A stretch of DNA of 64,000 nt from Cyanobacteriota bacterium (GCA_033764955.1 JANRIL010000044.1:32001-96000), one strand, 5' to 3'; positions 22,602-33,058 are shown, numbered from the stretch's first letter. Notes: a model not told the origin generated them from the letters alone. Translations and numbers: made by a program.

Positions 22602-23462
22602 TCAACTGGGTAGGTTTGGCAAGGGTGAAGAAGGCAGCAATACCCGATTGAGTTTGCCAGAGCGGTAGCCCTCTAGATCGAGACTGACATAGAGAAATCC
22701 TGCTGACCGAAAGGTCTCCACCAAGCTGGGAAGATCGGTGGTTTGCATAAAGGTCAACAGATGCTCTACAGGTAGCTCAATGCGGGCGGTATCCTGCTCC
22801 GAGCGCACCCGTACCTGTCGCCACCCCAACCCGCGCAGATAGCGCTCGGCGGCGGCTACCCGTGCTAACTTGGCGGCGGTGATGGCCTCTCCGTAGGGAA
22901 AGCGAGAACTTAGGCAGGGTTGAGCGGGTTTATCCCACCAGGGCAAGCCGAGATGGTGAGATAGCTGCCGCACCTCCAGTTTACTGATACCCCATTCGGC
23001 GAGGGGTGAATAAACCCCTCGTTCCCGCGCCGCCTGCACCCCTGGCCGATAATCCTGCAAATCGTCGGCATTCAAACCATCCAAGACAACCGCGTAGCCG
23101 CGCTCCCTAGCCCACTGGCGCAGGGTATCATGCAGTTCTCGTTTACAGAAGTAGCAGCGATTCACAGGGTTGGCGGCGTAATCGGGATCCCCCAATTCGT
23201 CGGTTTCGACAATCTCGTGCCGCAGTCCCAGATAGTCGGCTTGGGCGATGGCCTCATCCAGGTCTTCCGGCATCAGCGATACGGAGTTAGCGGTGACAGC
23301 CACCGCTTGGGATCCCCAGACATCGTGAGCCAACTTCGCCACCAGCGTGCTGTCAATGCCACCGGAATAGGCCACCACCACCGGGGACATCCCCCCAATG
23401 GACTGATGCACTCCGGCTAGCTTGGCGGCTAAGGCTGGACTCCAATCAATGAACGGACTCAT
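22602..23462 (-). CDS. larE: ATP-dependent sacrificial sulfur transferase LarE
   Basis: AYSGGIDS PP-loop, RCYFCK, PCLSSRFPYG, GYRSGKLN. Confidence 0.93.
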   Translation of the reverse strand: MSPFIDWSPALAAKLAGVHQSIGGMSPVVVAYSGGIDSTLVAKLAHDVWGSQAVAVTANSVSLMPEDLDEAIAQADYLGLRHEIVETDELGDPDYAANPVNRCYFCKRELHDTLRQWARERGYAVVLDGLNADDLQDYRPGVQAARERGVYSPLAEWGISKLEVRQLSHHLGLPWWDKPAQPCLSSRFPYGEAITAAKLARVAAAERYLRGLGWRQVRVRSEQDTARIELPVEHLLTFMQTTDLPSLVETFRSAGFLYVSLDLEGYRSGKLNRVLLPSSPLPNLPS

Positions 23463-23651
23463 GATCTCGTGATCACCCTAAACTGTTTTTGATTCATGCT
23501 TAGTATCCCCCCATTTCCCCAGTTCCTCCAATGCCCATTAGGGAAGATTCCGCGACGGTCTAGCTCGACAACGGCCAAAAAGCAGCCGAAGCCGAAGCAA
23601 ACAAATGGCTGGATGAATGGTGTATGGGTTGTGAATGGATAGTCATTCTGT

Positions 23652-24533
23652 ATGTTTCATTTAGCTTTATGGTTAACCTCCATGTTTAACTTGATGTTGA
23701 AAAGATTGCTGAAGTTCTGCTTGTGGCGGGTTGGACTTTATTTCATTTTGGGTTTGATCAGTTTGGTGATGATAGGACCACTTTTATGGTTGTTGAGTAC
23801 GTCACTGAAATCATCTGGCGAAAATATTTTTGCCTATCCACCACAATGGTTACCGCAGTTCCCCACCTTGGCTAACTTTCGCCAAGTATGGCAGAACTAC
23901 CCATTCTTCCGCTATTTGCTGAATAGTTTAGGAGTGGCTGTCATCACCGTGATAGTGAATTTATGGTTATCGGCACTGGCGGCCTATCCGTTAGCTCGCT
24001 TTCAGTTTGTCGGCAAGTCGGTTTTTTTCTGGTTAATGGTGGGATCCCTGATGATCCCTTTTCAAATTACAATGATTCCACTTTACATATTGGCGGTTCA
24101 ACTGAACCTCCGCAACTCCTACTTGGGTCTAATTTTTCCCTATGCCGTCTCTGGTTTTGGCATCTTTTTGCTGCGACAAGCTTTTCTCTCCATCCCGCGT
24201 GAGTTAGAAGAGGCTGCCCGTATGGATGGGGGATCCCCTTGGCAAATTTGGCAGCACATTATGTTGCCAGGGATCCAACCGGATCTGATCACGTTGGCCA
24301 TCTTTACGTTTGTGGGAATGTGGGGAGACTTTCTCTGGCCTTTGTTAATGCTTGATGAGCCACAAATGTTTACATTGCCTTTAGGAGTAGCCTCTTTAGC
24401 CAGTGCGTTTGCCTCCGATTGGCGACTGATTGCCGCCGGATCCATCCTGGCTATTCTGCCTGTTACCGTTATTTTTATGGTGATGCAGCGATATATCATT
24501 CCCAATGAAACCAGCAGTGGATTGCAGGGATAA
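23652..24533 (+). CDS. Carbohydrate ABC transporter permease (MalG-like; start uncertain)
   Basis: EEAARMDG EAA loop, WGDFLWP. Confidence 0.9.
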   Translation: MFHLALWLTSMFNLMLKRLLKFCLWRVGLYFILGLISLVMIGPLLWLLSTSLKSSGENIFAYPPQWLPQFPTLANFRQVWQNYPFFRYLLNSLGVAVITVIVNLWLSALAAYPLARFQFVGKSVFFWLMVGSLMIPFQITMIPLYILAVQLNLRNSYLGLIFPYAVSGFGIFLLRQAFLSIPRELEEAARMDGGSPWQIWQHIMLPGIQPDLITLAIFTFVGMWGDFLWPLLMLDEPQMFTLPLGVASLASAFASDWRLIAAGSILAILPVTVIFMVMQRYIIPNETSSGLQG

Positions 24534-24620
24534 TAGGGTTCAAAAAAGCTCAATCTCAATCTAAAATCAGCAAAATATAGATTGGATATGGATTCAATTG
24601 AGTTAAGGATAAATCTCAGA

Positions 24621-26990
24621 TTAAATCTCAATATTTGTCTCAGATCGAGAAGAGGCATCTGGGATCCAGACGCGAAAGTGAGTCCATCCGGCTTGGCTGC
24701 TGACCACGATATCTCCCTTTAATTGATTGACCAACTGTTTGACCAACGCTAATCCTAAACCCGTGCCACCGTGCTTCCAGCGATCCACTTGGCGAATCCG
24801 ATAAAACTTGTTAAATAGCTTGGGTAGCTCCTCATGACTAATCTCACTGCTATTGCTAACAATCAGTTGGATACCTGATGACAGAGAAGATAACTCTAGC
24901 CGAATGAGACCTCCATCTGATGTATATTTGATGGCATTTCCAATCAATTCTCGTCCAATTCGATTGAGATAGGATAGATCTGACCAGAAGGGTTCCGTTA
25001 CATTCAGGCAAGCCAGAAGAATTTGCTGCTGTTTTTGCTCAGCTTGCAGATTTACCGACTGGATCAACTCAGATATCCACGCTTCCAAATAAATCGGTTC
25101 TGCATACAGTTCTTGCTGGCTAAATTCTTCTTTTTGCAGATCCAATAAATCATTGATTAACGTGATTTGTCGCTCACACTCGGAGATTGCCAACTGATAA
25201 TAGGTTTGCTTCTTTTCAGGATCTGAAGTCATCTCTAACAAACGCAGCGCCATCCGCATACTGGTGAGGGGAGTACGCAGTTCATGAGAAACGGTGCTGA
25301 CAAAATCATCCTTCAGTTCATTGAGAGCTTCTAATTCCCTAACTTGTGCCTGCACTGCTTGATAAAGCCGTGACTGACGAATGGCGATAGCACATTGATT
25401 GGCAACCTGCTCGACAAGGCGCACTTCCTGCCAGTTAAAATAGTCATGATTGGCACGAAATAACCACATATCTCCCAACATTTCTTGGTCATCCCGAAGT
25501 GGACAAGCCAAAATAGCGTATTGCGATTCATCCCCTCGTATGGCCGTATCGAGGTTGACCACAAAACACCACTGAATGGATTTTCCTGCCAGGAGGGTGC
25601 GATACGGTTCTACGTAAGGTTTTATTGAAATCTTTTTACCCTGTGCTGGCATCACTTTTTCTACCTGAGGTAAGCTGGGCAGATACTCACAATAAATTGT
25701 GCTCGACATTTCCTGAGGATTAAATATCCCCGTGTCACAGCACATTACCCCCAGTTCGGATCCCAACTCTTGCACGGCTGATTGTAATATTTGTTGTTCA
25801 TCCAAACTATCCCGTACTTTGTCAGTAATCCGCCGTAGAAGTGCCTCAAAATCAAGGGATTTTTCTAACTGCTCCGTGCGATCTTGAATCTGTAACTCTA
25901 GGCTCAAATTGAGAGATTGAACTTGCTGATAAAGCTCAGATTGTTGAATGGCAATCGCTAACCGGTTGGCTAATTTTTGCAGGAGTTCTTTTTCCCAGGC
26001 TTGCCATATCCGCTGGTTTTGGCACTGATGAATCATCACAAGACCCCATAAATAGTCACCCTGAAAGAGAGGGGTGACCAAACTAGCTGTGATTTGGAAT
26101 TGGTTGAGTAGATGAGCATAGCAAGGATCCAGGGTTGCGCTTGCTCTATCCTCAATGGCATGAACGGTGGGCCGAGAAATGCTGGGATCCCTTCCCTCTG
26201 CTGGCCAGACCGAGCTTAAGCAGGCATCCGCTATCGATTGTCCGGCTATGGAGAACAGGGGATCAACAACCGATTCTTCAATGATGATCAGATGATCCTC
26301 CGCCTGTCGCTGACCAATAACCACACGATCGGCGTGTAAAATGGTACGAATTTCCGTAACTGTTGTATGCAAAATATCCTTCAGATCGAGCGACTGGCGA
26401 ATTTTTTGCATAATCGCACCCAGCATTTTTTCGGCAGCCAGTTGATCCTGTAGGCGATCTTCTGCTCGTTTGCGTTCACTAATGTCTTGAAAGGTACAAA
26501 TAACATGCTGAATTTCCCCCTGCTCGGTTAGGCGCGGTTCAGCATTGACCAATAGCCAAATCCGATCCTGATGACGAGGGCGATAAACCCCCATCACTAC
26601 ATGGCGAATTGGTTGCCGGGTGGCAATCGCTTGGGGAACCGGGTGATCGGGGCCAGGAAAAGGTGACCCATCTTCGTGGATGACATGCCAATCGGGATCA
26701 AAAGAGGTTTTGCCCAACAGTTGCGCTTCGGTTAGCCCCAGTAAGGTGAGCGCCTGCTGGTTACTGGCTAAAATTTCAGCTCCTGCTCCCTGCACCAAAA
26801 CCCCCAACTCCAGATCATCAATCATGGCTTGAAAGCTGAGATTGATTGGGGATCCTAGGGAGGCTCCGGGGGCAACTGGCGATGACCGACTAGCCAGGGA
26901 TCCCTGTCGCCATCGGCTGAACTGCACCACCAATTCCCCCAGCCATTGCTGGATTTTGAGGCTGATATCAGTCAGGGAACAGGCAGTCAT
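24621..26990 (-). CDS. PAS-GAF-GAF sensor histidine kinase, putative cyanobacteriochrome
   Basis: PAS (DPDW..IHEDG), two GAF domains, SHELRTPL H-box, NAIKY, GTGLGL; GAF1 carries DACL and PCY cysteines. Confidence 0.88.
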   Translation of the reverse strand: MTACSLTDISLKIQQWLGELVVQFSRWRQGSLASRSSPVAPGASLGSPINLSFQAMIDDLELGVLVQGAGAEILASNQQALTLLGLTEAQLLGKTSFDPDWHVIHEDGSPFPGPDHPVPQAIATRQPIRHVVMGVYRPRHQDRIWLLVNAEPRLTEQGEIQHVICTFQDISERKRAEDRLQDQLAAEKMLGAIMQKIRQSLDLKDILHTTVTEIRTILHADRVVIGQRQAEDHLIIIEESVVDPLFSIAGQSIADACLSSVWPAEGRDPSISRPTVHAIEDRASATLDPCYAHLLNQFQITASLVTPLFQGDYLWGLVMIHQCQNQRIWQAWEKELLQKLANRLAIAIQQSELYQQVQSLNLSLELQIQDRTEQLEKSLDFEALLRRITDKVRDSLDEQQILQSAVQELGSELGVMCCDTGIFNPQEMSSTIYCEYLPSLPQVEKVMPAQGKKISIKPYVEPYRTLLAGKSIQWCFVVNLDTAIRGDESQYAILACPLRDDQEMLGDMWLFRANHDYFNWQEVRLVEQVANQCAIAIRQSRLYQAVQAQVRELEALNELKDDFVSTVSHELRTPLTSMRMALRLLEMTSDPEKKQTYYQLAISECERQITLINDLLDLQKEEFSQQELYAEPIYLEAWISELIQSVNLQAEQKQQQILLACLNVTEPFWSDLSYLNRIGRELIGNAIKYTSDGGLIRLELSSLSSGIQLIVSNSSEISHEELPKLFNKFYRIRQVDRWKHGGTGLGLALVKQLVNQLKGDIVVSSQAGWTHFRVWIPDASSRSETNIEI

Positions 26991-27203
26991 GCCAGATGCC
27001 TAAAGTCTAAAAACTATTGCACACCAAAATGGTGAGAAGCGTGGCTAATTATTCAAAATCATCCCTTTTTTCGTGGTTGAGACGAAAATATCAAGATTAT
27101 TCAGCGCATTTTCGCACGTTTTCGCACTTCAAAAATATCGGATGGCAATGGAGTTTGCTTCCCTCTTTCTCCTTTCACAGAGCCTTTGGAAGGTTATTCT
27201 CAT

Positions 27204-27614
27204 TTACCCTGGGCGGGAAATGGCTTCCCTTAACTTACCCCACCAGATCACCGCTATTTCAATTTGGCTAAAAGGAATACCAATTTGTTGTGGTAAAAAT
27301 AACAAGACAATCTTTCGGCCTTTGGGTGGTTTGAGTAAAGGCCAGTCAAAAATCTGTTGATCCACCTGTAACTGAATCTGATTGACCGCTGTGAGATCGA
27401 GGGTTTGCATGGCTTGTGGTTGTGGGTGGGCGGGTTTACCCCACGTCAGGGTGCTTCCTTGCCAACCCAGCACGGACTCCAGATCATACTTGCTGCGATC
27501 AAAGGCTTTCGCCCATTCCCGATAGGCTTCCACCTTGCGATATTCTACCCAGCCCAACCCAGCTAACAGTGAAAATGTGAACAGCAGGGGTAACCACAAT
27601 ACACCGCGTTCCAT
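27204..27614 (-). CDS. Conserved cyanobacterial membrane-anchored hypothetical protein
   Basis: MERGVLWLPLL N-terminal TM, EYRKVEAYREWA..FDRSKYD pattern. Confidence 0.7.
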   Translation of the reverse strand: MERGVLWLPLLFTFSLLAGLGWVEYRKVEAYREWAKAFDRSKYDLESVLGWQGSTLTWGKPAHPQPQAMQTLDLTAVNQIQLQVDQQIFDWPLLKPPKGRKIVLLFLPQQIGIPFSQIEIAVIWWGKLREAISRPG

Positions 27615-27746
27615 GACGATTGCCTTCCTTGTCTAAAAGGGATCCCTACTCTTTTGGCGGTATCGCTTAAAACTAGTGATTCCCGAAAACCTGCACTATA
27701 GTTGCAGTGGGGATTATGACTCAACGCAGGTGTTAGGAGCTTAGCT

Positions 27747-27932
27747 GTGGACTTTCCCGAAATTCAAGCCCTCGTGGAACGGGCACTGGAAGACAAAGAA
27801 CTCACCCGTGCCGAAATGGATGAAATCGTGGCCGCCATCACTGCTGATGGAGAGGTTTCGACGGAAGAAGCTCAGTTGATGGAACAAATCCGTGAAATGG
27901 TTCTGCGGCGAGAGATTCGCGTGGTGGACTAA
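27747..27932 (+). CDS. Small acidic hypothetical protein with EF-hand/TerB-like DG-x-V-S-x-E-E repeat
   Basis: GTG start after AGGAG; two similar units (EDKELTRAE / ADGEVSTEE). Confidence 0.6.
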   Translation: MDFPEIQALVERALEDKELTRAEMDEIVAAITADGEVSTEEAQLMEQIREMVLRREIRVVD

Positions 27933-28531
27933 GGGGCAACTCCCCATCTCAGGTAAGGTAAATCTGTCGCCACCTCTCGAATGCGGGGGGCTGAGGCTAA
28001 CAATTGCCCGCAAGCATCCCAACTGCCACTCAGCAACATGCCACGGGATCCCTCATTCATTTGCAGAGGAGCCTGCTTTTCGCTCCAGCGAACCTGCATG
28101 GTTGTTAGATCAATCGTGATGGAGATCTGGGGATCTCGCGCCACCTCCGCTTGCAGTTGCTTGACCACCTCGGAGACCGCTACCACACAAGGGATCCCCA
28201 TCGCCAAGCAATTGCCGAAAAAGATCTCCGCAAAACTTTCCCCCACAATGGCGCGGATCCCCCAACGGGCAATCGCCTGAGGAGCATGTTCGCGGCTGGA
28301 ACCACAACCAAAGTTGCCATTTACCAGCAAAATCTCGGCTCCTTGATAGGCCGCTTGATCAAAGGGATGGGATCCCTGAGCTTGGGCGCGATCATCCTTG
28401 AAGACCTCGGATCCCAGCCCATCAAAGGTGACACAGCGCAAAAAACGCGCCGGAATAATCCGATCCGTATCAATATCATTGCCGGGAAGAGGGATCCCGC
28501 GTCCCGTTAGGGTGGTGACTTGGCTAGCCAT
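27929..28531 (-). CDS. leuD: 3-isopropylmalate dehydratase small subunit
   Basis: DIDTDRIIP, NFGCGSSREHAP, SFAEIFFGN. Confidence 0.96.
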   Translation of the reverse strand: MASQVTTLTGRGIPLPGNDIDTDRIIPARFLRCVTFDGLGSEVFKDDRAQAQGSHPFDQAAYQGAEILLVNGNFGCGSSREHAPQAIARWGIRAIVGESFAEIFFGNCLAMGIPCVVAVSEVVKQLQAEVARDPQISITIDLTTMQVRWSEKQAPLQMNEGSRGMLLSGSWDACGQLLASAPRIREVATDLPYLRWGVAP

Positions 28532-28616
28532 GATCCAAAAATCTCAGACAACTGGTTTAGCTAGCTTAGCGCACCGAGGATCCCTGCTCTGTCTATTCGT
28601 TGTCTAGGCGGATGCT

Positions 28617-29717
28617 CTAGCTGGCTAAGGCTGGATAGTCGGTATAGCCCTTGGCATCCCCGCCGTAGAGGGTGGTGGGATCCAGAGGATTTAACTCACT
28701 TTGCTGACGGAAACGTTCCGGCAGGTCGGGGTTGGCAATAAACAACCGCCCAAACGCTACTAAATCCGCCTGCCCAGAGGCTAACACCTGATTTCCTCGC
28801 TGCCAGTCATAGCCTTCATTCACCATCAAGACTCCCTGAAAGCGTTGCCGGAAATAGGAGATCGGGATCATCACGCCCCCATAGCGCAAATCCGCTTCAC
28901 TGGCTTCTCGCAGGTGGAGATAGGCCAGACCAAAACGGTTCAACGCCTCGACTGCATAGCCAAAGGTGGCTTCGCTGTTGGAATCAGACATGCTGTTAAA
29001 CGTACCCCCAGGGGAAAGCCGCACCCCCACTCGGTTAGCCCCCCAGACTTGGCTAACCGCTTCGGTCACCTCTAAGAGAAGACGGGCGCGATTTTCAACG
29101 GATCCCCCATAGGCATCACTGCGATGGTTCGTCCCATCCCGCAAAAACTGATCCAGCAAATAGCCATTTGCCCCATGCACCTCTACCCCATCAAATCCGG
29201 CGGTCAGGGCATTGGCGGCGGCCTGTCGATAGTCAGCAATAATACGGGGAATTTCTGATGTTTCCAGCGCCCGTGGGGTGACATAGGGTTTGGAGCCTGT
29301 ATAAGTTAACACCTCTCCTTGGGGAGCAATTGCGGAAGGAGCTACGGGTAACTGGCCGTTGGGCAGTAAGTCAGGATGCGAGATTCTGCCTACATGCCAG
29401 AGCTGCAAAAAGATCCGCCCCCCCTTAGCATGAACCGCATCGGTCACCAGCCGCCACCCTTCTATCTGCTCCGGTGAATGGATGCCTGGGGTGCCGGGAT
29501 AGCCCACTCCTTCGGGAGAAATTTGGGTGGCTTCGCTGATCAACAAGCCTGCCGAAGCCCGTTGAGCATAATGCAGGGCATTGAGGGCAGTGGGGGCATT
29601 GCCCGCGCCCGCTCGATTGCGGGTGAGGGGAGCCATCACCATCCGATTGGCTAGTTGGTAAGGTCCCACCTGTAGGGGGGAAAATAAATCTACGGTTTGA
29701 GGTTCTAAGGTTAGCAT
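28617..29717 (-). CDS. nemA: Alkene reductase / N-ethylmaleimide reductase (Old Yellow Enzyme)
   Basis: MAPLTRNRA, QLWHVGR, EVHGANGYLLDQF, GYTDYP. Confidence 0.92.
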   Translation of the reverse strand: MLTLEPQTVDLFSPLQVGPYQLANRMVMAPLTRNRAGAGNAPTALNALHYAQRASAGLLISEATQISPEGVGYPGTPGIHSPEQIEGWRLVTDAVHAKGGRIFLQLWHVGRISHPDLLPNGQLPVAPSAIAPQGEVLTYTGSKPYVTPRALETSEIPRIIADYRQAAANALTAGFDGVEVHGANGYLLDQFLRDGTNHRSDAYGGSVENRARLLLEVTEAVSQVWGANRVGVRLSPGGTFNSMSDSNSEATFGYAVEALNRFGLAYLHLREASEADLRYGGVMIPISYFRQRFQGVLMVNEGYDWQRGNQVLASGQADLVAFGRLFIANPDLPERFRQQSELNPLDPTTLYGGDAKGYTDYPALAS

Positions 29718-29749
29718 CGCTTTACTTCCTACGAGTTGGGGTAGTTGAT

Positions 29750-29761
29750 TAGACTGGTCTA
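29750..29761. promoter_or_regulatory. Secondary NemR-like operator (TAGACTGGTCTA) upstream of nemA
   Basis: Near-palindrome sharing GACTGGTCTA with the full box at 30440. Confidence 0.5.
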
Positions 29762-29820
29762 TTCCTATACAGTCAATAACAGGTTGACCGGCTACCTTTT
29801 GGCTTGCTATCGCTTAGCCC

Positions 29821-30429
29821 TTAGGGATCCCTTTTCCCTGATCCTGGTTTTATCAACACATGATCAAATAAAATTGAGATAAAGGCATCAATGGGTTCTA
29901 AGCTTTTACTCACCTTCATTTGTAACAACGCTCCCTCCCATCCACTCATGCAAAACTCTGCCAAAAGACTGACATTCAAGTTGCTTGGAATTTCTTCCTG
30001 CTGCTGAGCCTGAGCCAAACATTGAGCAAATTGTTGTCGCCATTGGGCAAATACTTCAGCCAATTTGCAGCGAAAACTCTCCAGTTGATCCCCTAATTCT
30101 TGCCCCAGGTTTCCCAACAGGCAACCCTCCCGGCACTGCAAGGAAGCAAAAGCCTCCCGCTTGTCGGTAAAGTAGCGACGCAACCGCGTCAGCGGCGAAT
30201 AGGTTATGTCCAACAGATAGGCATCCAAAACCCGTTGATGGGCGGCGGCCTCCTGCTCAATCATCTGCAAGCCAAAGTCTTCTTTGCTGGTGAAGTAGTG
30301 GTAGAAGGATCCCTTGGGTACTCCGGTGGCCTGCAAGATCTCCTGGATGCCAGTGTGATGAAACCCCTTCTCGCGGATGATCTGGGTGCCTGCCTGCAAA
30401 AGTAACGCACGGGTATCAAGCTTGTTCAT
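29821..30429 (-). CDS. nemR: TetR-family transcriptional regulator, NemR-like
   Basis: GVPKGSFYHYF HTH, GCLLGNL conserved Cys, WEGALL; directly upstream of nemA. Confidence 0.85.
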   Translation of the reverse strand: MNKLDTRALLLQAGTQIIREKGFHHTGIQEILQATGVPKGSFYHYFTSKEDFGLQMIEQEAAAHQRVLDAYLLDITYSPLTRLRRYFTDKREAFASLQCREGCLLGNLGQELGDQLESFRCKLAEVFAQWRQQFAQCLAQAQQQEEIPSNLNVSLLAEFCMSGWEGALLQMKVSKSLEPIDAFISILFDHVLIKPGSGKRDP

Positions 30430-30439
30430 GACTAAAGAG

Positions 30440-30455
30440 TAGACCAGTCGGTCTA
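30440..30455. promoter_or_regulatory. NemR operator TAGACC-N4-GGTCTA
   Basis: TAGACCAGTCGGTCTA, 10 nt upstream of the nemR ATG. Confidence 0.85.
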
Positions 30456-30475
30456 GGGCTGTCAAGAGGGTGGGT

Positions 30476-33058
30476 TCAATCGCTCGCTGAGTCAGGAGAG
30501 TGGGAGGAGTCTGGGGATCCCTGGGTGGGGGAAAACAGTTTTTCTAGAACTTGATTCAAGGTGGATTGCATCGTGATGCGTTCTTCATAGGCGGCCAAAA
30601 TCCGTGTTAGTTGGGGCAAGCGATCCCGTTCCGCCTCTAGAAAAAGGGGCTGAATGTAGAGGAGGGCATTTTGAATAGGAATGACCAACAGCGTACCGTA
30701 ATTAACACGGGATCCATGCTCACTCCACAGGGATATTTGCTCAGAGATCTCAGGATTTTGATTGATGCGAGCTTCCACCTGTTCAGGGCCGTAGATCAAG
30801 CGTTGCCGCGAAAATTCATAGACAACGAGTTGTCCATAATGCTCTCCATCACAACGGGCTGCCATCCAGGCAATCATATTTTGTTTGCTAAAGGGAGTAA
30901 ATTGAGACAGCAAGACAAATTCTGGTTCATTTTGGGCATTGGGCAATTCGGGCAGAGTTAAAATCAAGTATTGTGGCTGCATTGGTTGCAGTTTTTCATG
31001 GCGATATTGATTCGGAATTTGCCAGAGATCTTCGCGGTTATAGAAAATTTGTGGATCCACCATATGGTAGGTGGCATATTGCTGGGTTTGAATACGAAAG
31101 AGGTCTTGGGGGTAGCGCAGATGATTCTTCAGATCATCGGGCATCTCGGCAAAACGATGAAAGAGATCAGGGAAAATATGCTGGTAGGTACGAATTAAGG
31201 GATCCCCCTCATCCACCACATAAAAATCAACGCTCCCATCATAGGCATCAATGATTACTTTCACGGAATTGCGAATGTAATTGAAAGCATGGAGAGAGGC
31301 GGCTGGCTCGGAATAGGGATAGTAATTTGTGAGGGTATAAGCATCCAAAATCCAGTAGAGCTTTCCCTGGCTAATCACTAAATAGGGATCCGCGTCGTAG
31401 TCTAAAAAAGGAGCTAGGTGTTGAACCCGTTCTCGAATTTGCCGACGAAAGAGGAATTTGGTTTCTGGGCGAAACTCACGGCTGATTAAAATCCGTAGAT
31501 CTCGGAAATGCCAAGCAAACATCAGGCGTTGCCAGAGGTGAGGTACGGGCACTCCCCCGGATCCCTGATAGTTGCTATAGATATATTCATCGGCTTCGGG
31601 ATAGTCCAGTTCGCGGGCGGAGGTGCCGACAAAAATATCGGTGTCCGTCAATTCTCCGTAATAAATAGCTGGGTTACGGATGGTCATGGCTTCGTCCACA
31701 AGGGAATTCACTGATTTGGGAGGCAGATCAGAGATGAAGAAGGCGGGTAAACCCTCCGAGGTGACAACATTGACCGGACTGAGAGCCAGACCATAGCCGT
31801 GGGTATAAAAAAAGCGTTGGTTGATCCAGGTTTGAGCGGGTTCGGGCACACGCTGATAGTCCAGTTCGCGGGCAGAGTGCATCACTTGACGCAGTTCTCC
31901 GCCAATCCGATAGCGATCCACATCCACAAAGGGAAATTGATAGTAAGGGCGAATTTCCTGCAACTGTCGATAGGCGGCCAGCAGGGGATCCGGATCCCAG
32001 AGGCGAATATTTTTGATGGTGGGATCATTGGCCTGAATGTCTTGGGCGGTGAGTTGTCCCAAATCTTGAAAGGGCTGTACTTGGACATGTTCCAGATTAA
32101 ATGCTTGGCGGGTAAAGCGGATAGTGTGTTCAATGTAGGGGCGTTCCCGCTCCAGTTCGTTGGGAGCCACAAACACCGATTGAACAAACTCAGGGTAAAT
32201 ATCACCCGTCAATTCCGCAAGCAATCCGTAAGACACCGCCAAAACTGCGGGAGCAATCAGGCACCATACCCAAGGACGACATTTGAATTTGAAACGGACA
32301 ATTTGTGGGTTAATCTGACGCAACGCAATCCAGGCAAACCCGATAGCATTGAGGAGCGCGACCCCCGCCAAGAAGGTTTCGGCAGGCAGTTGAGCATGAA
32401 TATCCGTATAGCTGGCTCCATAGTTAGCTCCGCGCGGCGAATAGAGTAGCTCGTAGCGGTTCAGCCAATGTCTCCAAGCCACGATAGCAAATAGGGATCC
32501 CCCCAGGAGGATCAGGTGGCGCTGAGCGGGCAAGGGTAGGGCAAACTGGAGCCGCCGCTTGCCAAAGCCCCATTGGGTGAGATAGCCAATCCCCACAATC
32601 ACCAGCAGGATGACCAGCAGACTAAAGCACCAAGATTGCAGCATTTGCCAAAAAGGCAGGCTAAACAAGAAAAAGCTGATATCCCGCCCAAAAATCGGGT
32701 CTTGGATCCCTACCTCCACTTGATCGATCCAGGCCATGACGGTGAACCATTGGCGAGCCAAGATCACCGCAAATCCCCCCGCCAGCAGGAGGATAAGAGT
32801 TCCTAACCCCGGTCGCTTTTCCGGCCAGAGGGGTCGGAGATTTGCCCACCACACCCATGCCCCCAGACCAAAAGCCAGCAGCCCTACAAAGGCTCTTGCC
32901 CCCACCCCTAAAGCCAACGTTGAAGCATAGCCCAATTCTTCAAACCAACTAAACTCAATCAGGAGGGCACTCAGGCGATCCCATGCCAAACCCGCTAGCA
33001 GCAGTGTTGCCAGCAGCCACAACCCCACGCGGAGCCATCGACGAGGTTGGGATCCCAT
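30476..33058 (-). CDS. UPF0182 family membrane protein
   Basis: DPIFGRDISFFLFSLP, GASYTD, NIRLWD, YTHGYG, YIRNSVK, HLRYP. Confidence 0.92.
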   Translation of the reverse strand: MGSQPRRWLRVGLWLLATLLLAGLAWDRLSALLIEFSWFEELGYASTLALGVGARAFVGLLAFGLGAWVWWANLRPLWPEKRPGLGTLILLLAGGFAVILARQWFTVMAWIDQVEVGIQDPIFGRDISFFLFSLPFWQMLQSWCFSLLVILLVIVGIGYLTQWGFGKRRLQFALPLPAQRHLILLGGSLFAIVAWRHWLNRYELLYSPRGANYGASYTDIHAQLPAETFLAGVALLNAIGFAWIALRQINPQIVRFKFKCRPWVWCLIAPAVLAVSYGLLAELTGDIYPEFVQSVFVAPNELERERPYIEHTIRFTRQAFNLEHVQVQPFQDLGQLTAQDIQANDPTIKNIRLWDPDPLLAAYRQLQEIRPYYQFPFVDVDRYRIGGELRQVMHSARELDYQRVPEPAQTWINQRFFYTHGYGLALSPVNVVTSEGLPAFFISDLPPKSVNSLVDEAMTIRNPAIYYGELTDTDIFVGTSARELDYPEADEYIYSNYQGSGGVPVPHLWQRLMFAWHFRDLRILISREFRPETKFLFRRQIRERVQHLAPFLDYDADPYLVISQGKLYWILDAYTLTNYYPYSEPAASLHAFNYIRNSVKVIIDAYDGSVDFYVVDEGDPLIRTYQHIFPDLFHRFAEMPDDLKNHLRYPQDLFRIQTQQYATYHMVDPQIFYNREDLWQIPNQYRHEKLQPMQPQYLILTLPELPNAQNEPEFVLLSQFTPFSKQNMIAWMAARCDGEHYGQLVVYEFSRQRLIYGPEQVEARINQNPEISEQISLWSEHGSRVNYGTLLVIPIQNALLYIQPLFLEAERDRLPQLTRILAAYEERITMQSTLNQVLEKLFSPTQGSPDSSHSPDSASD

